DNA of 49,712 nt from Streptococcus mitis (GTDB lineage: Bacteria > Bacillota > Bacilli > Lactobacillales > Streptococcaceae). Where the stretch lies: contig JAWHFN010000001.1 of the NCBI GenBank assembly GCA_032565555.1, forward strand, positions 1 through 49,712, in the 5' to 3' direction. Every line of letters begins with the position of its first letter. Within the stretch, counting starts at the first letter, position 1. This document shows, one piece after another, positions 1-11,442 of the stretch. The position numbers and the translations under genes were made by a program. The notes under the pieces were generated by a model that searched no databases, was not told the DNA's origin, and saw only the letters and a program-made list of their open reading frames with translations.

Positions 1-98
1 AGGTTGTGGCATTAAAATATCCTCCAATAGTTTTACTTTACTAATAGTATACAGGAGGAGCTCCATGAATGATAGATACCTTGTTATGACGCGCTTAC
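1..98 (-). mobile_element. Left end of an IS66-family insertion sequence, running off the window edge
   Basis: Minus strand from 98 reads GTAAGCGCGTCATAACAAGG..., and GTAAGCG is the typical IS66 terminus. It is followed by RBS GGAGG and ATG CCA CAA CCT (MPQP, start at 12), which I recall as streptococcal IS66 Orf1. Confidence 0.75.
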
Positions 99-2128
99 TC
101 TTGGTGTTGAATAGTTGATACTAGAGTTGTGTCCAGTCGGCATTCTTTGACAAAGTTAAAATGGTTGTGGTTTTGCTCAGTATGAATATCTAGCCATTTA
201 CCTTCTTTAGCAATGTAGATACGGAGGTGGTTAAAGAGAGGGATTCCGAGATCATAGCTTGGTTTTCCTGGACAGGTCGGATAAAAACCGAGAGCTGACC
301 AGATGTACCAGGCTGAGAGACTGCCATTGTCTTCATCGCCAGGATAGGCTTGCCAGCTTGGGTGAAAGGCTTTCTGACGTAAGGTCTTGATAAGAAGGGC
401 AGTGTAGTCAGGGTAATCGCTGTAGCGGAAGAGATAAGTAATGTGGAAGCTCGGCTGGTTAGAAATGGCGAGTTGTCCAAAAGGAGCAGTAGCCATTTCG
501 CTCATTTCGTGAATCTCGTAACCATAGCCTGTTGTCTCAAAGAGGGGAGCATCTTGACAGGTTTTTAAAAGATAGTTGCTAAAGGCTTCTTTTCCACCCA
601 TAAGCTGGATCAAGCCTGGGATGTCGTGGAGAACGCCTAAAGTTGCTTGGATGGCTGAACATTCGGCATAATCACGTCCCCAACTATAAGGAGAGAAGTC
701 AGGACGTAAGTTTCCTTGATTGTCTCGCGCTCGCATGTAACCTGTCTCAGCATCAAATAGATGGCGGTAATTTTGTGACGCAGTTCTATAAGTTTCCGCG
801 ATGTCATTCTGACCAAGTTTTTCGGCACAGCTGGCGATACAAAAGTCACTATAGGCGTAGTCTAGGGTATGGCTAACACTTTCGTGGTGGTCGGTAGAGA
901 GGTAGCCCAGTTCTTGGTATTGGGCTAGTCCGTGGCGACCATTGATGCCGAGAGGGTCGGACTTGGTGGCTGTTTCAAGCATGGCTTGGAGGAGTTCTTC
1001 TTCTAGGTCAGGAGCCATGTCCTTGCAGGCGCTATCTGCGATAATGCCGTCTAAAAGGGTACCTGGCATCATACCCCGTTCATCTGGAGCCAACCATTTT
1101 GGAAGGAATCCAGTATCGCGATAGCTATTGAGAAAGCCTTCTAAAAAGCGGTGATAGTGCTCCGGTATGATAAGGGCAAAGAGGGGGAAGGTGGTGCGGA
1201 AGGTATCCCAGAAACCATTGTTGCTGAAGAGGACACCAGGCTTGACAGTTCCAGTAGCCAAATCTATGTGGATGGCTTGCCCTGATTCATCAATCTCATA
1301 AAAAGTCTGTGGGAAGAGGAAGAGTCTGTAAAGGCAGTGATCAAAGAAGGTTCGGTCAACCTCTCCTGTCTCTATAATGTCAAAACGATGGAGGAGATTT
1401 TCCCAATCCGCTTGGGCACTTGCTTTACATCTTTCAAAATCTTCTTGGGGTAGATTGAGTAGTGCTTGAGAAGAGGAGATGAAAGAAGTGGCTAGCTGAA
1501 TCTCGACATGACTATCTTCTAGATCAATTCGCCAGTCTCCACCTTCTTGGCTGATAGCAAGGATATCCGTATTCATTTTCAGGGATGTGAACAGTATCAG
1601 TGGATTTTTGTTGGTTTCAGTTTTACCTTCTTGTCGCAGGGCAAGAGTTCGCTTATCTACTTGCTCCACGGTCAGTTCATCTGCTGCGTGAAGGTAGAGG
1701 GAGAGGGCTTTGCCTTGCTTTTGCTCCAAACGAATAGAGGCACCATAGCAAGTCGGTGTAAGCTGGCTTTCAATCTGATAGCGCAGGGAGAAAATCTTCA
1801 GATAATGAGGTTGGAAAGAGGCTTTTTCGATATCATAGGAAGACTGGCGGTGAAAGACGCAGTCTCCACCTAGATGGCCTGTGACAGGTGTCAGAAGGAG
1901 CCAAGAGTAGTCCCCAATCCAAGGACTGGGCTGGTGGGTCAATCGAATCCCCTGAAAGATAGGCAGATGCGGATCGAAAAACCAAGCTCCCTCCCGGTCA
2001 CTGGTCTGGGGCACAAAGTAATTCATCCCAAAAGGAACTCCTGTGTATGGCAGGGTATTTCCCCGAGAGAAGGCATGCTTGCTAGCAGTTCCAAAGCGAG
2101 TATCGATGGTTTCAAGTAGTGGTTTCAT
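95..2128 (-). CDS. GH92 alpha-1,2-mannosidase, C-terminus probably truncated by the IS
   Basis: GH92 motifs THQPSPWIGDY, NNGFWDTFRT, ISNQPS and PGDEDNGSLSAWY. The stop codon TAA lies within the IS end. Confidence 0.9.
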   Translation of the reverse strand: MKPLLETIDTRFGTASKHAFSRGNTLPYTGVPFGMNYFVPQTSDREGAWFFDPHLPIFQGIRLTHQPSPWIGDYSWLLLTPVTGHLGGDCVFHRQSSYDIEKASFQPHYLKIFSLRYQIESQLTPTCYGASIRLEQKQGKALSLYLHAADELTVEQVDKRTLALRQEGKTETNKNPLILFTSLKMNTDILAISQEGGDWRIDLEDSHVEIQLATSFISSSQALLNLPQEDFERCKASAQADWENLLHRFDIIETGEVDRTFFDHCLYRLFLFPQTFYEIDESGQAIHIDLATGTVKPGVLFSNNGFWDTFRTTFPLFALIIPEHYHRFLEGFLNSYRDTGFLPKWLAPDERGMMPGTLLDGIIADSACKDMAPDLEEELLQAMLETATKSDPLGINGRHGLAQYQELGYLSTDHHESVSHTLDYAYSDFCIASCAEKLGQNDIAETYRTASQNYRHLFDAETGYMRARDNQGNLRPDFSPYSWGRDYAECSAIQATLGVLHDIPGLIQLMGGKEAFSNYLLKTCQDAPLFETTGYGYEIHEMSEMATAPFGQLAISNQPSFHITYLFRYSDYPDYTALLIKTLRQKAFHPSWQAYPGDEDNGSLSAWYIWSALGFYPTCPGKPSYDLGIPLFNHLRIYIAKEGKWLDIHTEQNHNHFNFVKECRLDTTLVSTIQHQE

Positions 2129-2298
2129 AGTCTTTCCTTTAGCTGTTTTTCTACATTATATCAGAAAAAGATAACCTTTAGAAAAGGAGTTTCAAAGATA
2201 ACTATTTTGTAGAAAAATGACTATCATTTGTGTATGTATTTTCTGTCTCAAAAGCTATATACTGAAAATGAAACTTGTTTGAAAGAGGATACTGCACG

Positions 2299-3579
2299 AT
2301 GATTTATTCAAAAGAAATTGTCAGAGAATGGCTAGATGAAGTGGCAGAACGGGCTAAGGATCATCCAGAGTGGGTGGATGTTTTCGAGCGTTGCTACACC
2401 GACACCTTGGACAATACGGTTGAAATCCTAGAAGATGGTTCAACCTTTGTGCTCACAGGAGATATTCCTGCTATGTGGCTTCGAGACTCGACAGCCCAAC
2501 TCAGACCCTACTTGCATGTGGCTAAAAGAGATGACCTCCTGCGTCAGACCATTGCAGGTTTGGTTAAACGTCAGATGACCTTGATTCTCAAGGATCCATA
2601 TGCCAACTCTTTTAACATTGAGGAAAACTGGAAGGGGCACCACGAGACTGACCACACAGACCTTAATGGCTGGATTTGGGAGCGCAAGTATGAGGTGGAC
2701 TCGCTTTGCTATCCTTTGCAGTTGGCTTATCTCCTCTGGAAAGAGACTGGCGATACTAGTCAGTTTGATGAGACTTTTGTCACAGCGACCAAGGAAATTC
2801 TTCATCTGTGGACGGTAGAACAAGACCACAACAATTCTCCTTATCGTTTTGTCCGAGATACGGACCGTAAGGAAGATACACTGGTAAATGATGGCTTTGG
2901 ACCTGATTTTGCAGTGACAGGTATGACTTGGTCAGCTTTTCGTCCGAGCGATGACTGCTGCCAGTATAGTTACTTGATTCCGTCAAATATGTTTGTTGTA
3001 GTAGTCTTGGGTTATGTGCAAGAAATCTTTGCAGCATTAAACCTAGCTGATAGCCAGAGAATTATTGCTGATGCCAAGCGCCTCCAGTCTGAAATCCAAG
3101 AAGGAATCGAAAATTACGCCTACACAAGCAACAGCAAGGGCGAAAAGATTTATGCCTTTGAAGTAGACGGTTTGGGAAATGCTAGCATTATGGATGATCC
3201 AAATGTACCAAGTTTGTTGGCTGCGCCTTATCTGGGCTACTGTTCAGTCGATGATGAAGTTTACCAAGCAACTCGCCGTACCATTCTGAGTCCAGAAAAT
3301 CCTTACTTCTATCAGGGAGAATACGCTAGCGGTCTCGGAAGTTCTCATACCTTCTATCGCTATATCTGGCCAATCGCCCTTTCTATCCAAGGTTTGACAA
3401 CAAGAGATAAGGCAGAGAAGAAATTCTTGCTGGATCAGCTGGTTGCTTGCGATGGGGGGACGGGTGTCATGCACGAAAGCTTTCACGTGGACGACCCAAC
3501 GCTCTACTCTCGTGAATGGTTCTCTTGGGCCAACATGATGTTCTGTGAGTTGGTCTTGGATTACCTGGATATTCGTTAA
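2299..3579 (+). CDS. GH125 exo-alpha-1,6-mannosidase
   Basis: Motifs TGDIPAMWLRDS, WERKYEVDSL, FRPSDD, MDDPNVPSLL and REWFSWAN. ATG at 2299 follows GAGG. Confidence 0.92.
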   Translation: MIYSKEIVREWLDEVAERAKDHPEWVDVFERCYTDTLDNTVEILEDGSTFVLTGDIPAMWLRDSTAQLRPYLHVAKRDDLLRQTIAGLVKRQMTLILKDPYANSFNIEENWKGHHETDHTDLNGWIWERKYEVDSLCYPLQLAYLLWKETGDTSQFDETFVTATKEILHLWTVEQDHNNSPYRFVRDTDRKEDTLVNDGFGPDFAVTGMTWSAFRPSDDCCQYSYLIPSNMFVVVVLGYVQEIFAALNLADSQRIIADAKRLQSEIQEGIENYAYTSNSKGEKIYAFEVDGLGNASIMDDPNVPSLLAAPYLGYCSVDDEVYQATRRTILSPENPYFYQGEYASGLGSSHTFYRYIWPIALSIQGLTTRDKAEKKFLLDQLVACDGGTGVMHESFHVDDPTLYSREWFSWANMMFCELVLDYLDIR

Positions 3580-3789
3580 TCTAGGATTTTACTTGTTTTT
3601 AGCCAATTTACCAAGACAAAGTAGCTAAATATATACTTCTTTCAAATTTCATCTCAAATCATAGTTAAATTCTTGATAAATAAAATATTTAGAGTTAAAC
3701 TGTTGGTGATTTGTTGAATTTGATTGAGCAAATCTTACATCCAAAAACGTTAACAATAAAAATTTAAATTTAGAATGAGGTTTTACTTC

Positions 3790-6435
3790 ATGGAAAATGT
3801 TGTCGTACATATTATCTCACATAGTCACTGGGATCGTGAGTGGTACTTGCCTTTTGAAAGCCACCGTATGCAGTTGGTGGAATTATTTGACAATCTCTTC
3901 GATCTCTTTGAAAATGACCCTGAGTTCAAGAGCTTTCACTTGGATGGTCAAACCATTGTCCTTGATGACTACTTGGAGATTCGCCCTGAGAATCGCGACA
4001 AAGTCCAACGATATATTGACGAAGGCAAACTTAAAATTGGTCCTTTTTACATCTTGCAAGATGACTACTTGATTTCAAGTGAAGCCAATGTCCGTAATAC
4101 TCTTATCGGTCAGCAGGAGGCTGCAAAATGGGGCAAATCAACCCAGATTGGTTACTTCCCAGATACCTTTGGAAATATGGGGCAAGCGCCTCAAATCCTT
4201 CAAAAATCAGGCATTCACGTGGCCGCTTTTGGTCGTGGTGTGAAGCCGATTGGATTTGATAACCAAGTCCTCGAAGATGAGCAGTTTACTTCTCAGTTTT
4301 CAGAAATGTACTGGCAGGGTGCGGACGGAAGTCGTGTCCTCGGGATTCTCTTTGCCAACTGGTACAGTAATGGGAATGAAATCCCAGTTGATAAAGAAGA
4401 GGCCTTGACCTTCTGGAAACAAAAACTGGCAGACGTGCGTGACTATGCTTCGACCAACCAGTGGTTGATGATGAACGGTTGTGACCATCAGCCTGTCCAG
4501 AAAAATTTGAGTGAAGCCATTCGTGTGGCAAATGAACTCTTCCCAGATGTAACCTTTGTTCATAGTTCTTTTGATGAATATGTCCAAGCCGTGGAAAGTG
4601 CCCTACCAGAGCAATTATCAACGGTTACAGGTGAGTTGACCAGTCAGGAAACAGACGGCTGGTACACACTTGCCAACACTTCTTCATCTCGTATTTATCT
4701 CAAACAATCCTTCCAAGAAAATAGCAACCTCCTAGAGCAAGTAGTGGAGCCACTAACTATCATCACTGGTGGTCATAATCACAAGGATCAGTTGACCTAT
4801 GCTTGGAAAACTCTTTTGCAAAATGCGCCGCATGATAGCATCTGTGGCTGTAGCGTGGACGAAGTTCACCGCGAGATGGAAACTCGTTTTGCCAAGGTCA
4901 ACCAAGTAGGAACCTTTGTTAAGAGCAATCTTCTTAATGAGTGGAAGGGTAAAATTGCTACGTCTAAGGCTCAAAGCGATTATCTCTTTACTGTTATTAA
5001 CACAGGCTTGCATGATAAGGTCGATACTGTCAGCACAGTGATTGATGTGGCGACTTGTGATTTCAAGGAATTGCACCCAACAGAAGGCTACAAGAAGATA
5101 GCTGCTCTTACCTTGCCAAGTTACCGTGTGGAGGACTTGGATGGTCGTCCTGTAGAGGCTAAAATCGAAGACCTTGGGGCTAATTTTGAGTATGATTTAC
5201 CAAAAGATAAGTTCCGCCAAGCTCGTATTGCTCGACAAGTGCGCGTGACCATTCCAGCTCACCTAGCGCCACTTTCTTGGACAACCTTCCAATTGCTGGA
5301 AGGAGAGCAAGAACACCGCGACGGTATTTACCAAAACGGAGTGATTGATACACCATTTGTAACGGTAAGTGTGGATGACAATATCACAGTTTATGACAAG
5401 ACAACTCACGAAGCCTATGAAGATTTTATCCGTTTCGAAGACCGTGGTGACATCGGAAACGAGTATATCTATTTCCAACCAAAAAGAACAGAGCCAATCT
5501 ATGCAGAGCTTAAGGGCTACGAGGTCTTGGAAAACACAGCTCGCTACGCTAAGATTTTGCTCAAACATGAATTGACCGTGCCTGTCAGTGCAGATGAAAA
5601 GCTAGAAGAAGAGCAAAAAGGCATCATCGAGTTTATGAAGCGTGAAGCTGGACGTTCAGAAGAATTGACAAGCATTCCTCTTGAAACTGAGATGACTATC
5701 TTCGTTGATAATCCACAAATCCGTTGCAAGACTCGCTTTACTAACACTGCCAAAGACCACCGTATCCGTCTCTTGGTCAAGACTCATAACACGCGTCCAA
5801 GCAATGATTCTGAAAGCATCTATGAGGTGGTGACACGACCAAACAAACCAGCTGCTTCATGGGAAAATCCTGAAAATCCTCAACACCAACAAGCTTTTGT
5901 CAGTCTGTATGACGATGAAAAAGGAGTGACTGTATCCAACAAGGGATTGAATGAATACGAAATCCTTGGAGACGACACCATTGCAGTGACTATTTTGCGT
6001 GCATCAGGTGAGCTAGGTGACTGGGGCTACTTCCCAACACCAGAAGCACAATGCTTGCGTGAATTTGAAGTCGAGTTTGCGCTTGAGTGCCACCAAGCCC
6101 AAGAACGCTTCTCAGCTTATCGTCGAGCTAAAGCCTTGCAGACACCGTTTACCAGCCTTCAGCTTGCTAAACAAGAAGGAAGCGTGGCTGCGACTGGTAG
6201 TCTCTTGAGCCATTCCGTTCTCAGCATACCGCAAATCTGTCCAACAGCCTTTAAGGTAGCTGAAAATGAAGAAGGCTATGTCCTTCGTTACTACAATATG
6301 TGTAGTGAAAATGTACGTGTACCGGAAAGTCAACATCTCTTCCTTGACCTACTTGAACGACCATACCCAGTTCATAGAGGACTCATTTCACCACAAGAGA
6401 TTCGTACAGAATTCATCAAAAAAGAAGAAATTTAA
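3790..6435 (+). CDS. GH38 alpha-mannosidase
   Basis: Motifs HSHWDREWY, LDGQT, PDTFG and HDSICGCSVD. ATG at 3790 follows GAGG. Confidence 0.92.
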   Translation: MENVVVHIISHSHWDREWYLPFESHRMQLVELFDNLFDLFENDPEFKSFHLDGQTIVLDDYLEIRPENRDKVQRYIDEGKLKIGPFYILQDDYLISSEANVRNTLIGQQEAAKWGKSTQIGYFPDTFGNMGQAPQILQKSGIHVAAFGRGVKPIGFDNQVLEDEQFTSQFSEMYWQGADGSRVLGILFANWYSNGNEIPVDKEEALTFWKQKLADVRDYASTNQWLMMNGCDHQPVQKNLSEAIRVANELFPDVTFVHSSFDEYVQAVESALPEQLSTVTGELTSQETDGWYTLANTSSSRIYLKQSFQENSNLLEQVVEPLTIITGGHNHKDQLTYAWKTLLQNAPHDSICGCSVDEVHREMETRFAKVNQVGTFVKSNLLNEWKGKIATSKAQSDYLFTVINTGLHDKVDTVSTVIDVATCDFKELHPTEGYKKIAALTLPSYRVEDLDGRPVEAKIEDLGANFEYDLPKDKFRQARIARQVRVTIPAHLAPLSWTTFQLLEGEQEHRDGIYQNGVIDTPFVTVSVDDNITVYDKTTHEAYEDFIRFEDRGDIGNEYIYFQPKRTEPIYAELKGYEVLENTARYAKILLKHELTVPVSADEKLEEEQKGIIEFMKREAGRSEELTSIPLETEMTIFVDNPQIRCKTRFTNTAKDHRIRLLVKTHNTRPSNDSESIYEVVTRPNKPAASWENPENPQHQQAFVSLYDDEKGVTVSNKGLNEYEILGDDTIAVTILRASGELGDWGYFPTPEAQCLREFEVEFALECHQAQERFSAYRRAKALQTPFTSLQLAKQEGSVAATGSLLSHSVLSIPQICPTAFKVAENEEGYVLRYYNMCSENVRVPESQHLFLDLLERPYPVHRGLISPQEIRTEFIKKEEI

Positions 6436-6518
6436 TTTCAACAAGTAAACATAAAGAGAAAGGAGGGGCGAAAAGGTAAGAATTAATTGCTGATTCGCCC
6501 CTTTTTATGGTAAAAACA

Positions 6519-7388
6519 ATGACTATTGCAACGATTGATATCGGAGGGACTGGGATTAAGTTTGCCAGTCTGACTCCTGATGGAAAAATACTGAATAAGA
6601 CAAGCATTCCAACGCCTGAAAACTTGGAGGACTTACTAGCTTGGCTAGATCAACGTTTGTCAGAGCAGGATTACAGTGGGATTGCTATGAGCGTTCCAGG
6701 CGCGGTCAATCAAGAGACAGGTGTGATTGATGGCTTCAGTGCGGTGCCCTACATTCACGGATTTTCTTGGTATGAAGCGCTTAGCTCTTATCAGATTCCT
6801 GTTCATCTGGAAAATGATGCCAACTGCGTTGGACTCAGTGAATTACTGGCTCATCCAGAATTTGAAAATGCAGCCTGTGTCGTGATTGGGACAGGGATTG
6901 GCGGAGCCATGATTATCAATGGTAGACTTCATCGAGGTCGCCATGGCCTGGGTGGAGAATTTGGCTACATGACAACTCTTGCCCCTGCTGAAAAGCTCAA
7001 CAACTGGTCGCAATTAGCGTCAACTGGAAATATGGTGCGATACGTGATTGAAAAATCTGGTCAGACTGACTGGGACGGTCGCAAAATTTACCAAGAAGCC
7101 GAAGCAGGAAATGCCCTTTGTCAAGAAGCCATTGAGCGGATGAATCGTAATTTGGCGCAAGGCTTGCTCAATATCCAGTATCTCATCGATCCAGATGTTA
7201 TCAGTCTGGGAGGCTCTATCAGTCAAAATCCAGATTTTATTCAAGGGGTCAAAAAAGCTGTAGATGACTTTGTTGATACCTACGAAGAATACACGGTCAC
7301 ACCCGTCATCCAAGCCTGCACCTATCATGCAGATGCCAATCTCTATGGTGCCCTTGTCAACTGGCTACAGGAGGAAAATCAATGGTAA
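6519..7388 (+). CDS. ROK family sugar kinase
   Basis: Motifs IDIGGT, ENDANC, GTGIGG and GEFGY. The start could be 6507 or 6519. Confidence 0.88.
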   Translation: MTIATIDIGGTGIKFASLTPDGKILNKTSIPTPENLEDLLAWLDQRLSEQDYSGIAMSVPGAVNQETGVIDGFSAVPYIHGFSWYEALSSYQIPVHLENDANCVGLSELLAHPEFENAACVVIGTGIGGAMIINGRLHRGRHGLGGEFGYMTTLAPAEKLNNWSQLASTGNMVRYVIEKSGQTDWDGRKIYQEAEAGNALCQEAIERMNRNLAQGLLNIQYLIDPDVISLGGSISQNPDFIQGVKKAVDDFVDTYEEYTVTPVIQACTYHADANLYGALVNWLQEENQW

Positions 7389-9262
7389 GATTTACAGGAA
7401 TTAGTGACAAACAAGCGCAAGCTATTGAGGTTTTAAAAGGTTACATCTCTCTACCAGATGTAGAGATAGCTGTCGCTCAATCTGACCAAGCCTCTATCTC
7501 TATCAAGGGTGAGGGTGGCCACTATCAACTAACCTATCGCAAACCTCACCAACTTTATCGTGCCTTGTCCCTATTGGCAACATCCCTAGCAGAAGGTGAC
7601 AAGGTAGAGATTGAGGAACAGGCGGCTTATGAAGATTTAGCCTACATGGCTGACTGTTCTCGAAATGCAGTGCTGAATGTGGCTGCTGCCAAGCAGATGA
7701 TTGAGGTCTTGGCTCTCATGGGCTACTCAACCTTTGAGCTCTACATGGAAGACACCTACCAGATTGAAGGGCAGCCTTACTTTGGCTATTTCCGTGGAGC
7801 CTACTCAGCTGAGGAATTGCAGGAAATTGAAACCTATGCCCAGCAGTTTGACATGATCTTTGTGCCATGTATCCAGACCTTGGCTCACTTGTCAGCCTTC
7901 GTCAAATGGGGTGTCAAAGAAGTCCAGGAGCTCCGTGATGTGGAGGATATTCTTCTTATTGGCGAAGAAAAGGTTTATGACCTGATTGATGGCATGTTTG
8001 CTACTCTGTCTAAACTACAAACTCGCAAGGTCAATATCGGGATGGACGAAGCCCACTTGGTTGGTTTGGGACGCTACTTGATTCTGAACGGTGTTGTGGA
8101 TCGTAGTCTCCTCATGTGCCAACACTTGGAGCGCGTGCTGGATATTGCAGACAAATATGGTTTCCACTGCCAAATGTGGAGCGATATGTTCTTTAAACTT
8201 ATGTCAGCAGATGGCCAGTACGACCGTGATGTGGAAATTCCAGAAGAAACTCGTGTCTACCTAGACCGTCTCAAAGATCGTGTGACCTTGGTTTACTGGG
8301 ACTATTATCAGGATAGTGAGGAAAAATACAACCGTAATTTCCGCAATCATCATAAGATTAGCCATGATCTTGCCTTTGCAGGGGGAGCTTGGAAGTGGAT
8401 TGGTTTCACACCCAACAACCATTTCAGCCGTCTCATCGCAGTCGAAGCTAATAAAGCCTGCCGTGCCAATGATATCAAAGAAGTCATTGTAACGGGTTGG
8501 GGGGATAATGGTGGGGAAACAGCCCAATTCTCTATCCTACCAAGCTTGCAAATCTGGGCAGAACTCAGCTATCGCAATGACCTAGACCGTTTGTCTGATC
8601 ATTTCAAGACTAATACAGGTCTATCAGTTGAGGATTTCATGCAGATTGACCTAGCCAACCTCTTGCCAGACTTGCCAGGCAATCTCAGTGGTATCAATCC
8701 CAACCGCTATGTCTTTTATCAGGATGTTCTTTGTCCGATACTTGACCAGCACATGACACCTGAACAAGACAAGTCCCACTTCGCTCAGGCAGCTGAGACG
8801 CTTGCTAACATTAAAGAAAAAGCTGGCAACTATGCCTACCTCTTTGAAACTCAGGCCCAGTTGAACCAGATTTTAAGTAGCAAAGTGGATGTGGGACGAC
8901 GCATTCGTCAAGCCTATCAAGCGGATGATAAGGAAAGTCTGCAAGAAATTGCCAGACAAGAATTACCAAAACTTAGAAGCCAAATCGAACACTTCCATGC
9001 CCTCTTTAGCCACCAATGGCTGAAAGAAAACAAGGTCTTTGGCTTGGATACGGTCGATATCCGCATGGGCGGACTCTTGCAACGCATCAAACGCGCAGAA
9101 AGTCGCATCGAGGCTTATCTGGCAGGTCAGCTGGACCGTATCGATGAGCTAGAAGTGGAAATCCTGCCATTTACTGACTTCTACGCAGATAAGGACTTCG
9201 CAGCCACAACAGCCAATCAGTGGCATACCATTGCGACAGCTTCAACCATCTACACGACATAA
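7382..9262 (+). CDS. GH20 beta-N-acetylhexosaminidase
   Basis: Motifs [16 protein letters not shown] and NIGMDEAH (catalytic DE pair). Overlaps the end of the ROK gene. Confidence 0.9.
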   Translation: MVRFTGISDKQAQAIEVLKGYISLPDVEIAVAQSDQASISIKGEGGHYQLTYRKPHQLYRALSLLATSLAEGDKVEIEEQAAYEDLAYMADCSRNAVLNVAAAKQMIEVLALMGYSTFELYMEDTYQIEGQPYFGYFRGAYSAEELQEIETYAQQFDMIFVPCIQTLAHLSAFVKWGVKEVQELRDVEDILLIGEEKVYDLIDGMFATLSKLQTRKVNIGMDEAHLVGLGRYLILNGVVDRSLLMCQHLERVLDIADKYGFHCQMWSDMFFKLMSADGQYDRDVEIPEETRVYLDRLKDRVTLVYWDYYQDSEEKYNRNFRNHHKISHDLAFAGGAWKWIGFTPNNHFSRLIAVEANKACRANDIKEVIVTGWGDNGGETAQFSILPSLQIWAELSYRNDLDRLSDHFKTNTGLSVEDFMQIDLANLLPDLPGNLSGINPNRYVFYQDVLCPILDQHMTPEQDKSHFAQAAETLANIKEKAGNYAYLFETQAQLNQILSSKVDVGRRIRQAYQADDKESLQEIARQELPKLRSQIEHFHALFSHQWLKENKVFGLDTVDIRMGGLLQRIKRAESRIEAYLAGQLDRIDELEVEILPFTDFYADKDFAATTANQWHTIATASTIYTT

Positions 9263-9325
9263 GAAACAAGAACACCGTGCTATTACTCAGAGTGTTTCTC
9301 GTGAAACATCCCTTTCTTAAAAAGT

Positions 9326-9356
9326 ACTCCACATAAAATAATTTGTGGAGTTTTTT
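9326..9356 (+). terminator. Rho-independent terminator after GH20
   Basis: ACTCCACA/TGTGGAGT stem followed by a T run. Confidence 0.6.
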
Positions 9357-9393
9357 CTATAATTAGTAGTTTAACCTAACCTGCAAATAGGAG

Positions 9394-9418
9394 TATACTA
9401 ATAATGTAATCGTTATCA
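9394..9418 (+). promoter_or_regulatory. -10 box and CcpA cre site upstream of the ABC importer
   Basis: TATACT at 9394-9399. TGTAATCGTTATCA at 9405-9418 fits the cre consensus TGWAANCGNTNWCA. Confidence 0.7.
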
Positions 9419-9472
9419 AAAGTCTAAAAAGGAATTTTTAGATGGATATCAAAATAAAAAAGGGAGGAAATT

Positions 9473-10402
9473 ATGAATAAGTTTTCAAAAACCTTGAGAG
9501 ACAACTGGATCTTTCTCTTAATGGTTTTGCCGGGGGCACTCTGGTTGATTCTATTCTTCTACATTCCAGTATTTGGGAACGTGGTTGCCTTTAAAGACTA
9601 CCACATGACCAGTAATGGATTTATAGATAGTATCGTGAATAGTAAATGGGTCGGACTCGATAATTTCAGATTCTTGTTTAGTTCAAAAGACGCCTTTATC
9701 ATCACTCGAAATACTGTCCTCTACAATCTAGGCTTTATCTTTATCGGTTTGATTGTATCTGTAGGGATTGCTATCATCTTAAGTGAACTCCGTTCTAAGA
9801 GAATGGTTAAGATCTTCCAAACTTCCATGTTGTTCCCTTACTTCTTGTCTTGGGTTATCATCAGTTTCTTTACAGATGCCTTCCTAAACATTGACAAAGG
9901 TGTGTTCAACCATTTCCTAGAATCTATCGGAATGAAGGAAATCAATTTCTACGCTGACTTGGGTATTTGGCCTTATCTCCTACTTTTCCTTGGTATTTGG
10001 AAAGGCTTTGGATATAGCAGTGTCATGTACTATGCGACAATCATGGGAATTGATCCAACCTACTACGAAGCAGCGACAGTGGATGGGGCCAGCAAATGGC
10101 AACGAATTCGCAATGTAACCATTCCGCAGTTGACACCATTGGTAACTGTATTGACCATCCTTGCAGTCGGAAACATCTTCCGTGCAGACTTTGGTCTCTT
10201 CTACCAAATCCCCCACAATGCTGGTCAGCTTTATAACGTAACCAATGTTTTGGACGTATATGTATATAATGGCTTGACTCAGACAGCGGATATCGGGATG
10301 GCTTCAGCAGCAGGTCTCTACCAATCAGTTGTTGGCTTGATTCTGGTTATCCTATCAAACTTACTGGCAAGACGAGTTGATCCAAACTCAGCCTTGTTCT
10401 AG
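9473..10402 (+). CDS. ngtP1: Carbohydrate (N-glycan) ABC transporter permease 1
   Basis: EAA loop YYEAATVDGASKWQ, multiple TM segments, and position next to the glycosidases. Confidence 0.85.
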   Translation: MNKFSKTLRDNWIFLLMVLPGALWLILFFYIPVFGNVVAFKDYHMTSNGFIDSIVNSKWVGLDNFRFLFSSKDAFIITRNTVLYNLGFIFIGLIVSVGIAIILSELRSKRMVKIFQTSMLFPYFLSWVIISFFTDAFLNIDKGVFNHFLESIGMKEINFYADLGIWPYLLLFLGIWKGFGYSSVMYYATIMGIDPTYYEAATVDGASKWQRIRNVTIPQLTPLVTVLTILAVGNIFRADFGLFYQIPHNAGQLYNVTNVLDVYVYNGLTQTADIGMASAAGLYQSVVGLILVILSNLLARRVDPNSALF

Positions 10403-10415
10403 AAAGGAGGAGAAT

Positions 10416-11339
10416 ATGGCAGAAAAGAAAATTAAAAAAGAAAAAATTGATAATGTCGGCATTCACTCCTTCAGTAAGAAAGCAGATATCTTCTTCAGTA
10501 CCATTTCGGGTTTGATTGCCCTCTCTTGTATCCTACCCTTCGTATTCGTTATCATTATTTCAGTGACGGACGAGAAAAGCCTCCTCCAATACGGCTACAG
10601 CTTCTTCCCATCCCAATTTGGATTAGACGGTTTTGAGTTCTTGGCACAGTTTAAGGATAAAATCTTACAAGCCCTCTTCATTTCTGTCTTTGTAACCGTA
10701 GTTGGGACATTTACAAATGTCTTTATCACAACAACCTATGCCTACGCTATTTCACGGACAACCTTTAAGTATCGCAGATTCTTTACCATCTTCGTTCTGC
10801 TCAGTATGTTGTTCAACGCTGGTTTGGTACCAGGTTATATCATGGTGACTCGTGTGCTTCAACTTGGGGATACTGTTTGGGCCTTGATTGTTCCAATGCT
10901 TCTCTCACCATTCAATATCATCTTGATGCGTTCCTTCTTCAAGAAGACCATTCCAGAAGCCATTCTAGAATCGGCTCGTATCGATGGTGCCAGTGAGGCT
11001 CGGATTTTCTTCCAAATCTGTTTGCCATTGTCACTACCAGGTATCGCAACCATCACGCTTTTGACAGCTCTTGGTTTCTGGAATGACTGGTTCAATGCCC
11101 TTCTTTACATCAAGAGTGACAACTTGTATCCATTGCAATATTTGCTTATGCAAATCCAACAAAATATGGACTACATCGCCAAAGCAGTCGGCTTGACTGG
11201 TCAACTGGGAGTTGCTCTACCGAAAGAAACAGGTCGTATGGCCATGGTTGTGGTCGCAACCCTTCCAATCGCGATTTTGTATCCATTCTTCCAACGCTAC
11301 TTTGTAAAAGGTTTGACTATCGGTGGTGTGAAAGAATAG
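10416..11339 (+). CDS. ngtP2: Carbohydrate (N-glycan) ABC transporter permease 2
   Basis: ESARIDGAS EAA loop, C-terminal FVKGLTIGGVKE, RBS AGGAGG. Confidence 0.85.
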   Translation: MAEKKIKKEKIDNVGIHSFSKKADIFFSTISGLIALSCILPFVFVIIISVTDEKSLLQYGYSFFPSQFGLDGFEFLAQFKDKILQALFISVFVTVVGTFTNVFITTTYAYAISRTTFKYRRFFTIFVLLSMLFNAGLVPGYIMVTRVLQLGDTVWALIVPMLLSPFNIILMRSFFKKTIPEAILESARIDGASEARIFFQICLPLSLPGIATITLLTALGFWNDWFNALLYIKSDNLYPLQYLLMQIQQNMDYIAKAVGLTGQLGVALPKETGRMAMVVVATLPIAILYPFFQRYFVKGLTIGGVKE

Positions 11340-11442
11340 TGCTTATTGAGAAAGAACATTTCTCATTTCCAAACTTCCCTTGCGTGAAGTTAAAATCATT
11401 ACATTGTTTATAAGTTTAAAAATAAAAAAAGGAGTTTTTATC

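Noticed and set aside
3580..3789. AT-rich 200-nt gap between GH125 and GH38 as an sRNA or small ORF
   Set aside because: I could not support an ORF with an RBS, a strong hairpin or a known repeat.
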